From: Perkinsus chesapeaki ATCC PRA-425
Taxonomy: Eukaryota > Protista > Perkinsozoa
Length of the DNA stretch: 32,715 nt
Assembly: GCA_013115145.1 (NCBI GenBank)
Contig: JAAPAO010000400.1
Span: forward strand, 1 to 32,715
Direction: 5' to 3'
Below are positions 9,300-21,006 of this stretch, piece after piece (the first letter of the stretch is position 1; each line of letters opens with the position of its first letter). The position numbers and the translations under genes are program-made. The notes beneath the pieces are model-generated. The model saw only the letters and a program-made list of their open reading frames with translations, searched no databases and was not told the origin of the DNA.

Positions 9300-11000
9300 G
9301 GTGGCCTACCATTGATGGGACATCCCGAACTCGTGTATCTGTGAGCCGCAGATTGCGGTAAAAAACTTGGCTGTTCGGTTGTTTAGTTTTAGAGCATGAC
9401 TATACAACGTGAAAAGTTGTACACATGATTCTTTTCAGTGTTTCAAGAAGTGTGTTCCACGCATATACATTGTGCCATGGACTCGAACTTAGCCAATATT
9501 ACAGCACGCGATAGAACAACAACCGAGAATTGTCATTCACGTCGTGGATTTCACGAGTGCCGTGGAGTGAAATAATCAAGTAAAATGGTGATGATTATCC
9601 TCACCATTTTGCTTGGTTATCATCAGATGATAAGAAGCCTAGGAAATAATGGATATGGACCAAATCAGCCTCTTCTCAATGCCTCATCGACGAATAAATA
9701 TCGCTCAGATCAATCATTTGTGCGGATACTAACGAGATCCTCGTTACTATGGCCTTCAGTTCAGCCTCAACTCGAGCCCTCTCTGACCGTTTCAGCGTCC
9801 ATGTACTGTAGTCCCGTAGCTGTCATGCGCGGCGGTTGCGATCGACTTGGGAACCGTTGAAAGTCGAAGCGCTCTCAAGATGAGGTTTATTAGGGAAAAG
9901 CCAACGTGTTTCTGTTATGATCATTAACAATGGAGCCACAGCACTGTTCATGCTTCTACCAGACAATTATACTATCAAAGGCAAAAGGTGTGTGTGAGTT
10001 TATAGTCCAACGCCGAAAATTGGCTTAGTTAAACTATCCATTCCATGTGCAGCTTCAGAGCGAGAGTTTAATACCTAGGCAAAAGGTTGGACCAAAAAAT
10101 CCACAAGTATATTTTACATATTGGCTGAATGCTAGCAGCTACTACTACTTACCGTGCCCCTCCATCTCAAGGCCTGGAGTCCGTGGGGCTTGCCCACTTA
10201 TGACATAATATGGTCAATATTGGCCCCATCGTGCGTCATATGCGTGAAGGCTTTCCGGAGGACCTCAGTTTATCAGCGATGTTGTCTTCGTAAAATCCCA
10301 TCGAACACGGGAGTGCGGGAGGAATACTCAAACCCGAAACCCGAACACTCCAAAGTTGAGCGGGAAGAGGTTTCGGTTTGGGTATCCATGTCAAAGCATC
10401 AAGGGACCCAAGGCAAATCTAGAGGCTGTTCGAGCCCCAAGTGCCTATATCGGGCACAAATGATGTGCCTGGAATTATTGGAAAGCCATTCTATTGAATG
10501 ACGTCATGACATTGTCATCGCCAAGTATGTCGTTTTGCAACGGTTGCGTTGACACTGTCATCATGACAGTCTTGAACGCCCACAGTTATTGCTATAACTG
10601 GGCCCGAATAGTCTGTCAGTTATAAACTCTACAAGGTGGGCGTTGCGACTTTCCAAGAGCCTTTAGGTCAGTGATGCCTTGACATCGCCGTATTCTGGGA
10701 TGGAAGAGGGAGGGTTAAAATTTTTCAAGAGCTACCTGTCACTATTTGGGGACCTTATGGTCGAACCAGGCTCAGCTCGACAACGAGCCGTACCCGACCA
10801 ACACATCGTATTTGTTATGAATCCTCAGTTAAAAGTTGCCCCTATGGAGGGTGCTTCATTGTAGTGCAAATCCAATATCTTTGTTTCGTGCATTGTGTCT
10901 GAGATTATTTGGTGTTCGTGCGGTACTCCCTTAATCTCTGGAGATTTCACAGCCGCTACATTCGCAAGCTCATCCCGCTTGCCAGATAGATCTGATGCAC
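9300..11000 (+). mobile_element. Second, much older non-LTR retrotransposon RT relic
   Basis: Degenerate RT motifs in the expected order on +: RRGFHECRGV (~9540, QxGFRxxRS-like), MDMDQISLFSMPH (~9660, DxxKAFDxVxH-like), GLQFSLNSSPL (~9755, GxPQGxxLSP-like), AVAIDL (~9830, YADD position), SFRARV*YLGKRLDQK (~10060), and a Cys/His cluster at ~10835-10895. Many stops. Confidence 0.55.
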
Positions 11001-11399
11001 TGAAAGGCCACCGCAATCGCCGTGGACCCTAGGAGCACCACGTGGCCTAGTTTCTCATCGGCAAGCTAGGAAATAGCCCACCAGTTGTGACAGCGCCCTC
11101 AGGCACTACTGGAAGCATACTGGCGTAGCTGGGGGGGCGGGTGGTCGGTAACCCCTGCAGCGGTGCTCGCCCCCACGTTGCCCCCCCGCTGGCAGGTATG
11201 GGTGCTGTGGGGTATGGGTTTTGGGGACAGTAATTGACCCTTAGCGGTGTAAGTCTGCCCCCACCTTGCCCCCCCACTGTCAAGTACCCAGCTACGCCAG
11301 TGCTGAAGATATGCACTTGCTAAGCATGCATTCCGAACCTTGAATAGAGATTCCCTATTGCTCCCTATAGACTGCCGGCGTTTCCTTATCCATCATCAA

Positions 11400-12340
11400 A
11401 GATCGGATGTGTAGCACACACCCAACGGGCTCGAGATTGTCAGTTTTCGGTGATGCGAGCGAAATTGAATTTCGTGGTGCGTACATTCCGGACTAGCTGA
11501 GGCTCAGCTGCAGATCCTGAATAGAATAGCTTGAATAGTGTCACCCCATGATGAGGATAGGATGACCCTATTAGGATCCCATGCCCAACCGGGTTGGGCC
11601 AACCCGTCGATGGTTGACCAATACTGCCAAGTCATCATGCAACCTAATCAGTAGAGTCTAGTGTCATGTCCTCCTGGGCAGGCAGTATAAGTATTAATAA
11701 ACGTCATCAGTTGTATCGCATGTACGACGTCACGCTCAGAGTAGGGCTCCCAACAGATCCCTGGTTGAGAGCATCCGCTCCAGTTTCTCCACTCCCTGAC
11801 GGCCCTTTCTTCCATTGGGGAATACTTTAAGAATTTGATGAATCTCAGTTTAGCTATACGTAGAATATAAACCTTACCTGTGCTAAACGAACCCTCTCGC
11901 TCCCAGGCCGCCTGGCGGTACCCTTGTATGGCCTCGCATGACCAGCGCTTTTGTTCTCTCAACTCGTACCCTTTCACAGTCTGGTAACAACTAAGTTGGA
12001 CTCCGGTGTGACCTTAACACAGTGGATACAGCCCTTAAGGGCTGAGCTCAGTCAGTCCACGCAAATCCGGCCCCCTTCACGGAATCTCCGTAATGCCATA
12101 TCTAGGAAACTACCAGTTGAATAGATTATCTTCGTGCACCCAACTGTGGGTGGCTTATTGAAGGGAGATTTATAGAGCAATGACCGTAGGGGTTCTTTGG
12201 ATGGAAGGATCCTCATCACTTGTTATAAGTCCGCGTACAAGCCTCTATTCGACGACGTGACGTGGCCAAACCAGGGTACGCGTGCAAGCCCCGTTCCGCC
12301 GCCCGTGGCCTCTATGGAACCATATAAGAAGTTTGATATC
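11400..12340 (-). mobile_element. Probable decayed LTR-retrotransposon integrase fragment
   Basis: Minus frame VGCTKII...LRRFREGGRICVD*LSSALKGCIHC resembles the integrase zinc-binding region. It is followed by KYSPMEERAVREW...QLMTFINTYTACPGG, resembling the core end (YSP..NG..ER...NT). Intronless with stops; no LTR pair seen. Confidence 0.45.
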
Positions 12341-12369
12341 CATTCCTTAGTATTCGAGGCTTTAAAGTC

Positions 12370-13007
12370 ATGAAGGTCAGCAGCTGCTGCGTCCACATTT
12401 TCACACTTATCAGGGTAGTCGAGGGTCTTGAAGTAGCTCCTATGGGGATTGTATCAGATAACAGGTAAGGAGGGTCTTCTTAAATGATGTTATTAAGACC
12501 AACTATTCAGTTATACTCACCGTGCAGGAGAAGTGGTATTATCAAGCAACAACAATGCTGGAAGTAGCTAGGCATGATCATCATGCCGTGTGCTCCCCCT
12601 TTGCTCATTTAGACCCTTACCCCGCTCCCGAGGGTGTCTGCCGAACTACCAAACATGGTTACACTGGATGCACTTGTCCGAATAATACCGTTCTCTATTG
12701 CAAGGCTCCTGTGCGATGAGGATTCTTCCGTTCTTTTAAAATGTGTTACTCTCAGTCGAGCTGGTCAGACCTCCCCGAAGCTTGCGTGTGTGGGCAGAAG
12801 TGCTCTGATGACTCAGTCTGCCCCCAGCCACCCGAAGGGTTTAACGCTAAGCCGTTCTGCCACAAAGGGGTCTGCCTCCTGGGCTGTCTGGTGGGTAGCT
12901 TCTATGTAGGCAACTTGACGTTGATTTTTTAGTGGTTAAAGAAATGCCCAACAGACATGACCTGCATCTTTGATTTCTTAATGGTCTGTCAATGGCGCCG
13001 AAGGTGA
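12370..13007 (+). CDS. Small secreted cysteine-rich protein, 5 exons, ~150 aa
   Basis: Spliced product: MKVSSCCVHIFTLIRVVEG (signal-like)...NPYPAPEGVCRTTKHGYTGCTCPNNTVLYCKAP|SSWSDLPEACVCGQKCSDDSVCPQPPEGFNAKPFCHKGVCLLGCL|WLKKCPTDMTCIFDFLMVCQWRRR*. All four GT-AG introns are phase-compatible. Confidence 0.8.
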
Positions 13008-13139
13008 AGTGCTGAGTGGTTGAAGGACCAAGCAACGACGATGAGTTTGTCAAAGATATGGAATATGCCGTCCTCTCTTGAAGTCTCATTCACTTTATTA
13101 TCTTTATTATCTTTATCTTCCCCCACCTGTCGCGTTTGT

Positions 13140-13609
13140 TGTTATTTCTTGCAAAGGGGCCCTTGGAATGTATCAAAGCAACGACGTCATTTAAGAGATC
13201 AAATCAACATCATAAATTGGTAATCGAAACCTCCCTCAGAGCAGTCGTCTTCCTCAAGAATATTAAATACACTATGACGTCTTGTTCAACACCAAACCTC
13301 TTCTACTATCTCTACTTCCATCGCTGGGAGATCATCCCAGCGCTCCTCTTCAGTGCTAATCACAAGACAAGGCCAGGAAAGCACGAGTGTTTGGAGGTAC
13401 AGTTCTAGCCGGTGTCAATATAGCGTCTTAACCCATCCACTCGGCTTACTCTTGTGTCGAGGATTGAGGATAGACTCGCGAAGGCAAAGATGCATTTAGT
13501 TAACAGTTCTAGAGTGTGCGCTGGAGCAGTTTAATATTGCCTCTAGGAAGCGATGAACTTGAATGGTCGCGTAAGCTTCAAGGCACGAATAGTCCAAGCC
13601 AAATCTTGA
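13140..13609 (+). pseudogene. Possible degenerate hypothetical gene
   Basis: ORF 13136-13408 plus downstream exon-like pieces (RLNPSTRLTLVSRIEDRLAKAKMHL|EAMNLNGRVSFKARIVQAKS*). No clean start was found. Confidence 0.25.
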
Positions 13610-13793
13610 GAGATTCATCATCTCTTCGTTTCTTGTGTTTTACTTCTAACAACACAACTCTGATACATTATGATTTAGAAAAGTGATTAATATTGTCGAT
13701 GGTGACTTTCCACCCGTATTGTTCTCTTTGCATAAAGTGAGCATCAGCAGCAGGCGAATCAAGTGACGTACCAGTCAAGATATATGATTAGTA

Positions 13794-15898
13794 TCATAGA
13801 CCTCGGAACTGTTGCAGACCGCCACCACTAAAGGGGTTATTGCTCTGAGGCTGCTGTTGTTGGTAACCGGCAGTGAAGGGATTGGCGGTAGCCGCAGGAG
13901 GAGCAGGTTGCTGATAAGCTTGTTGTGGTGGTATGCCTCCCATCATAGGCTGCTGTTGATTGTACGCCATCGCTTGTTGCTGAGGATAGTATGCTGGTGG
14001 GTAGGGATATCCTTGTTGACCTAAAATGTATCTTACTCGCTTCAAGTTAGGATATCTTTTACCTTGATATCCTCCTACTGGCATCTGTGGTGCCGCTGAC
14101 TGATACGCCACCGGTTGTTGTTGTTGTCCCCATGCATTCATATTGAGTAAGTCCACTGATTGTTGTTGTTGTTGCTGCGGTTGTTGAGGTGTCGGTCGTC
14201 TGTTGTAATAATATCCCCCCAAACATTGTTCTACCAATTACCTTTGAGGAGGTGGCGGTGGCGGTCGCCTTACAACCGGCCGTTGCCTCGCCACTGGAGT
14301 CTCGTCCTCCGACTCAGAACTAGAAGATTCAGACTCAGAACTAGAAGATTCCGACTCCTCGACTGCTGCTGCCGCCTGAAGCACACAATTCCCTCTCCAG
14401 ATGCCCCCCTTGCCAGACCTGCTGGCGCTGCTGTTGCTCCCGACGTCGCTGCTCTTCCTGTTGACGGCGTCGCCTGGCTGCCTCATCATCTGCCATTGCT
14501 CGCTGGCGCTGCCTTTCTTGATCCTACAACATCAAGCATCGTTCCAGCTCAGTAGGTTAGACCCGTCGGTTATCAGTCTAGAGGTCCCCGGTTCTATTTC
14601 CCCCTCCACTACCTGCTTTCTCAATTCCTCCAATTTACTCTTCTCTGGTAAATGCCTTGGACCACTCACCACTGTAGCGTTCAACACTGTAGGGTTAGTG
14701 CTCCCGTCCCGTGGAGCATATTGTGCATCATTGTAGCTTCCATCATATCTGACCAGCACATGTCCGACCACAGCGCCTTACTAGCTCAGAGATATGATAA
14801 AATAAAGTTGGGCGGCGGCCTCCCTTCACCCACCCTGTCCCTGGTGGTGGTGCTCCAATAGCTGTTGTTACTGTTTGACCGGCACTACCGATTCCTATGT
14901 ACTTGTCGCGGCCTTGACGAGCTTTATCACGCTCTGCTCTTAACTGGGCGGGATTATTTACAAGATCTACAATTTCCCGAGACTTCTCTCTAAGTAGAAT
15001 CAATCGGGAGTCGCCAAGTTGAGCTAAAGATACACCACCTTATCCCTGCACCCTTATCCCGACCTTCCTCTGAGTACTGGAAATCTTGAAGGGCTCTTAT
15101 TCGGTGGAGACCATCGCGAGTTTCATCAACTAAACAATGAATAATTACTCATCTGAATAGTAAAAGTAGTATTTTGTTCCTAGTGGTCGAATTGTGGAAG
15201 AGAAGGAAACGAAATAATATGAATTTTGAATGATCTATCTTTCCTGAGGCCTATACTGATAACAAGAAGCTTAGAGATGCCATAACATTATATTCGTTTG
15301 CCAAGCATCACAATACCATACATGGGTAGGCGGTAAATTCTAAATCTTGTGAACCTTTCGGGTCTAGCTAGGGTGCAGTAATAATGTAGGAAAACATATA
15401 AGATACTACGCGATAGTCTTACCAACACGCTCAGATCCAAACTTCAATAAATAGTCCAACAGATTGAGGCCTTTGTAGATCCTCCTCCATTTCTCCTTCT
15501 TATCACCGATGGCAGACCAAACCGTCGACATGATAAGATAATAATCATTGCTGAAAATAAAAAACCAACCCTTGGAATCGAACCCTAGACCTCCAGATTG
15601 ACAGTCTAGGACTATAACCATTAGAGTATATTACAAGTCGTGTGTGCATCGGGCTATATCGATTAACACTGAGTTTGCCACACCCCAGTTCTCATTCGAT
15701 GTTGCCTCTCTTAGATTCTTCTCGAGGGGAGTCTCGGTATGAGTTCTGAAAAAAAACCAATAATAAAAATTCTTCCATCCCGAACAGAAAATTCTGTGAA
15801 ATTATCAAACGACCAAAAGTAACCAACATAAACATTTGTCGGGAAAAATGCGTAAAAAACCAATCCATGTAAACGGCAGAGTAGGACGTATCCATCAC
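13794..15898 (-). CDS. Epsin-like ENTH-domain clathrin adaptor; first exon/start approximate
   Basis: ENTH across exons: LEKNLREATSNENWG (15745-15640), IMSTVWSAIGDKKEKWRRIYKGLNLLDYLLKFGSERV, RIRALQDFQYSEEGRDKGAGIR, EKSREIVDLVNNPAQLRAERDKAR. The tail is Q/P/Y-rich with a DLL motif and two NPF motifs, typical of epsins. Confidence 0.9.
14311..14357. repeat. Coding 21-bp tandem repeat, ~2.2 units, encoding ESESSSS in the epsin
   Basis: gactcagaactagaagattca / gactcagaactagaagattcc / gactc. Confidence 0.9.
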
Positions 15899-16149
15899 AG
15901 ACGGCAGACCGAAAACCGGAGGTGCGAACAGGTATAGGTATACTTGTTATAAAACAGTTTAATTAATTATTATAACTACAAAAAGGTAAGTACTTCCCTT
16001 AACCATTCGCTTCATTACATTTTTTTGGTATATTTTTTTATTCCAGAAAACGCTGACTGAAAAGCACTTGCCATAAGTGGTCAATACAAACTGAATGATA
16101 AAATATAAAATAACTAAAACGCCAATGAGTGTTGGAAAGGGGGGCTTCA

Positions 16150-16790
16150 TTAAGCACGAGAAACATCGGCGAAGAGCTCCCCGCAAACTTTGCATTTTCC
16201 ACCGGTCGCGATCTTCATAGCACAACCTTTACAGGCGAAGATGTGACCGCAGCTCCGTGGGCCTGAGGGTATCATAGGTTGAAGCATGCTAGATGCAGAG
16301 TTGGTCAGAAATTCGTACCGAATTCTGCCTCCCTTTTATGACAACATTTGCATATATTAGTGGCTTTAGGCCTAAGAGATCCACTTTTATTTATCTCTAC
16401 ACGACTCTCTCACTTTTCGGCATCTTCCCGTTTGTCGGAAGATCTTGTCACGCTAGCCATAAATTGAAAGGCAACTTCCACAAATTAAATATCCACCGAA
16501 GCGTTCATACTAGCCTTTTCAGATAGACAAGTTCCTAATAAGCTTATATGGCTCCACAAACAACGCCACATAGATGCCTAAAAGATTGGATTCGATCTGG
16601 AGCCGTCGGCTGCTAACAAGGCCAAATTTGACTTCAAAAAGTTAGGTATTAATCATTACGTTGTATATCCACTACTAGAATGCTATAAGGTATATTTCCA
16701 GTAGTGTTTAGTCCCTAGTGTGAGTCCGCCGACTTGTTGTCGAAGACGACGACGAAGAAAATAATCGATTACTCGGGCGCGCGCTAATGT
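16150..16790 (-). CDS. Small C3HC4 RING-finger protein (putative E3 ligase); start unresolved
   Basis: Spliced 3' exons give VTRSSDKREDAEK|PKATNICKCCHKREAEF|GPRSCGHIFACKGCAMKIATGGKCKVCGELFADVSRA* (TAA 16150-16152). The Cys/His spacing fits a RING-HC. The ORF track does not show it because of introns. Confidence 0.75.
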
Positions 16791-16835
16791 CATTCCCGTG
16801 GGTCAGTGAAGGTATCTTCGTTGTTCACCGTCACG

Positions 16836-17937
16836 ATGAAGGTTACAATTCAGAGTAGAAGGGGAAAGGAGATAGCTGTGGTGACAGTTCCTGATAAGGA
16901 TGCCACTGTAGCTGATCTCAAGAAGGCTATACAAGCCACAATAAAGACCTCAGAAGCGCGTCAAAGGTAAGTATCTTGAGGTTAAGCTTACAAGATGCAA
17001 AATAGGTTGATTGTGGTGCCAAAAGGTATTGTTACAATAGGTTAACTTTGCCGTTATCTTCCGACTCCACTAAGAAGGGATCGAAGCCCGTAGCTCTTAC
17101 CGATGATAAGGCGACCCTTTCCAGTTTTGGCTTGAAGGACAAGGATATTGTCGTCTTTAAAGATTTGGGACCGCAGGTAACCGTTCGACCTCCAAAGATA
17201 TATTATTCACCTATCAGATATCTTGGAGGTTGGTCTTCGTTATTGAATACTTCGGACCCATGATTATCTTCCCTATACTCTACTTTGGCCAAAAGTTTAT
17301 TTACGGTGCAGTATCTCCCGGTGGCCATCCGACCCTCCAGGATGCATTCAAGCATTTCGTAGCTTCTCCCACTGTCACCGTTCGCGAAGCCCAGCTCGTT
17401 GCCACCGTCTGCTGGTTCCTTCATTTCCTTAAGCGCGAATACGAGACGCTCTTCGTGCATCGTTTCTCTAACGGGACAATGCCTCTGCGAAACCTGTTCA
17501 AGAACTGCACATACTACTGGGGTTTCGCCCTCCTTGTTGGCTATTACGCCTGCCATCCCCTATACACCCCTGTAGCCCAACAATGGCAGCGTGTGCTCGG
17601 CTTGGCCATCTTTACCGTATGCGAGATATGCAATTATCGGTGCCACGCTATTCTCAGAGATCTGAGGCCTAAAGGATCAAAGGTGCGCAAAGTCCCACAT
17701 GGCTTCGCATTCGAGCTGGTCACCTGCCCCAACTATATGTTTGAGATTTCGGCATGGTTTGGTTTCAATCTTATGACTCACACTGTGATGGGGGTTGCCT
17801 ATATGCTAGCTGGTGCCGGACAAATGTGGGTCTGGGCAGTCAAGAAGCATCGTAATTATCGCCGTGAATTTGATGGTAAGGACGGTCGTGAGCTCTACCC
17901 TAAGAACCGGAAGATTCTTATCCCCTATTTGCTCTAA
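16836..17937 (+). CDS. TECR: Very-long-chain trans-2,3-enoyl-CoA reductase (TECR/TSC13; steroid 5-alpha-reductase family with N-terminal ubiquitin-like domain)
   Basis: Ubiquitin-like N-terminus (MKVTIQSRRGKEI...ATVADLKKAI), signature FKDLGPQ|ISWRLVFVIEYFGP, HFLKREYETLFVHRFSNGTMP, NCTYYW, VTCPNYMFEI, C-terminal YPKNRKILIPYLL*. Confidence 0.95.
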
Positions 17938-19498
17938 GCAAGATGATATACCTGCTAACTTGAGTTGTTATTAAAATGAGGGCGTGAGGCTGGATTTGAA
18001 GACAGTCACCATCTCCGCGTCACAAGTTCCTCAACATTTTCCGTAAATGATACTGGTTTAGTTAATAGTACTGGGCTTTTTAAATGGACTGTTATTTGAG
18101 TATAAGCGTTAGTGTAATAGTCTTACTTCATCATGAAGTTAACTTCTCACTTTTGCTCCCTGGTGTATGTTCATCCAGGTGGTCACCGTACGTAGCTTGC
18201 ACGCATGCGCATATTAGATAACAGCGGTATTCAGATATTAATAAATATGAACTTTGCATTGTTGTAGGACAGTGCCAATCGCTACCCTTGCTCATCTTAC
18301 TGAATTCCTATATGTTGCCATGAACTGTTACGCGGCATTTACCACTCAAAGCAGTTCGCCTACTGATTGGTGCCGTTTATCATTTGTCTGGTCTGTTATA
18401 AAGGTCGCCTAAGGCCTGGACTCTCCTTACCCTCGGTCCTCTGTCCCTTTTTGTCATCCTTCATTTCACAAGATGATACTTCTACATTCATAGCTGTATT
18501 TCGCCTGATAGTTGTTTAGCCTTGTGGTGTTCCTCGGGGCTCCGAAGGTATCCCTGATGTGCAGATTCAAGTTGTGCTAGAGACTGTGTTATAGTCCACC
18601 AACAAGGCGCGCTTCCTTTCTGCAACCTTCTACTCACACTGATTGCACTTCAATGAGCAACATTCTACTTGCGAGGTGCCTCCTCTATGTCCTTCTGTAG
18701 TGTTATTGATGAACCTCATCACGGTGCTTGGTCACTTCTAGCTTATCGTTATATAAGATTGGTATGCCTATCTCTGGAGAAGGTGTGTGTCAGCAGCTCC
18801 GATTACGAGCTGCAGAATGCAGAATGGTGGAGGCATGCTCACGCGTGCATTGCCGCATCGCGCACGGAAACAAGCAACCCCTACAACGGTTCCTACCACT
18901 TCGTGGCCCTGGACCACTGCAAGGAGTATCGGTGTGCATCATAATGGACATCTAGTATGGGCTCAAATGTGAGCCGTTGGAACGACGCTAGCAACTTGAC
19001 TGTGGGACAACACTACTCTTATTAATTTGGTGCTCGCCTTGATGGAACAGCATCATAATCATCACCCCTACCTACTACGAGCTCGTTTTCAATAAGTGTT
19101 GAACTAGAAGGCGCTGCTGTCGAAATACTCGATGCTTTGCACCGCGAGGGAGCGGTGGTTGGGTTGCGTATTGACCATCATAGATTGTAACCCTAGCGGC
19201 TTGAACTCGGTTATAAAATCATCAGGGTTCATTGTGTTGCACTTGATGACTTCATGCAGTCTCACTCAACCCTCGGGAAGGCTTATCACGTATATAAGGA
19301 GTCTCATCATCCATATTGGTCTACCGGCATCGAAGCCGCCTACATAAGCGATGGCTCGCTGCCATTGAGATGTGGATTCTCGCTGTTGCGAAGGAGTACA
19401 TCCCTTAAACGCGTATCTGTGACAGCAACCCCCGTATGGCTTTTTCGTTGAGGGATAGGGCATGCCTATTGTTGTTTAGTGTTATTATTTCTGGGGTC

Positions 19499-21006
19499 AT
19501 GTCATCTGTGCTATCTGCTGCTGCACCGCAAGTAGACCGTCATTCAGCTACCACTCCTTGGCCGCCACCACCCGCTTCAGATTCCAGGAAGTTCTCGAGC
19601 TTTCCCAACAGCGCTTGTACAACTCCCTGCCACTCTGAGCTATCTTGTAACTTGAAAGAACAAGATAAGCTTCGCCTCAACCTCTTGCCTGTGAGCACGG
19701 GCCCTCATGGCCCTATGGTGTCCATGTCGGCTCCGGCATCACCGAGGTGCAAGCTGTCTGGGTTGGGGAAGTCGTTCGGCGTAAGAGTGACACTGAGGGA
19801 CACATTCCTCCAATTTGAACCGGAAAGTGTCCCGTCAGAAAGTGGCTCCAAGTAAGCAGGTGTAGGTTATTAATATTTATTTATATTTTCAGGCATCACG
19901 GTCTTTTAAGAAGGCGAAACTCTGAACCTGATGTCGCTGGTTTACACACCCCTGCCAAGTATAATAAGCATCGATCTATGACTGTTACTCTTGCTCAAGT
20001 CGAGTCCTTTCGAGAAAGATCGAAACAATTGCCGTCGTTCTCCCAATTAGACACGGTATTCGATTGTGACATCATTGATTGTGACCTGCTCCCATCTCAA
20101 GAGAATAAAGAAGGCCTGCCTGCTGATGATGATGAGGCGTTGCCCTCTGGTATGGTAGACTTAGCCAGTATCGATGTTAAGGAAAATAATAGTGAGAAGA
20201 ATGGTATTAACGACGACGACGCTGATAAGACCACTGTGATGATCCGACATCTCCCGCGTCATCTTTCTCAGCAAGATATTATCCACCAAATTCTGGCGCC
20301 TAATGGCTTCCTACCTGGACAAGTTGTCGATTTCTTCTATGCCCCTATAAACTTCAAGACGTTACAGAATGCTGGCTATTGTTTTGTGAACTTCCGTGAG
20401 CCTGATACAGCTCACGAATGTTTCACGAAGCTGAACAGCTGTTCTGGTATGGCCGACACTGTGTCCTGGGCACGCGTTCAAGGCTGCGAAGCAAACAAGA
20501 ACCATTATAAGAGCTCTCCTATAATGAAAATGATAGACCTTTACAAGCCTAAATGGTTCTCTATTGATGGTAATGAGATCACCTTATCTGATGATAATAA
20601 AAATCAAGACGTGGCTACCTCTCCTGGAGGACCATCTTCATCTCATCGAAAGTCCTTTAGCTTCAGGCATGGGACAGATTTGTATTTGGGTGCGAATGGT
20701 GAGGTTAATAGATTCAACTCTGCTGCTGTTGGTTCATCATCATGTCCTTATAAGCTATTCATCGGTGGTTTGGATTCGCAGACTAACTCTGAGGATTTAC
20801 GCAAGTATTTTTCTCAATTCGGAGATGTTACCGAATGTATTGTTAAGAAGGTTGAAGGCACTGGTATCTCCCGTGGATTCGGATTTTGTAGCTTTTCATC
20901 TCATCAAGGCTACACCAACTGTTTATTATACCAATCGTGGCATCAAATCAATGGTCGTAGCATTTCTGTACAACCTTATTCACGTCGACGTGCGAAACGC
21001 TGTTGA
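19499..21006 (+). CDS. Mei2-like RNA-binding protein (Mei2-type RRM plus a canonical RRM); 3' end uncertain
   Basis: Exon 1 (MSSVLSAAAP...VTLRDTFLQF...SGSK) joins exon 2 in phase. Mei2 RRM3-type: KTTVMIRHLP...DFFYAPINFKTLQNAGYCFVNF...WARVQG. Second RRM: KLFIGGL (RNP2) and RGFGFCSF (RNP1). Confidence 0.88.

Noticed and set aside
9640-10830. Minus-strand reading resembling LTR gag/RT (RDYSTWTLKRSERARVEAEL; IPEYGDVKASLT)
   Set aside because: The plus strand carries several non-LTR RT motifs in the correct order over the same bases, so the minus reading is most likely their antisense shadow.
12715-12721. In-frame TGA splitting the Cys-rich ORFs 12522-12719 and 12741-12932 (possible selenocysteine or pseudogene)
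   Set aside because: The TGA lies inside a 45-nt phase-0 GT-AG intron (gtgcga…ctctcag). The spliced gene is intact.
14160-14736. Plus-strand Leu-rich ORFs 14160-14555 and 14401-14736
   Set aside because: They are antisense shadows of the Q/S/A-rich epsin exons.
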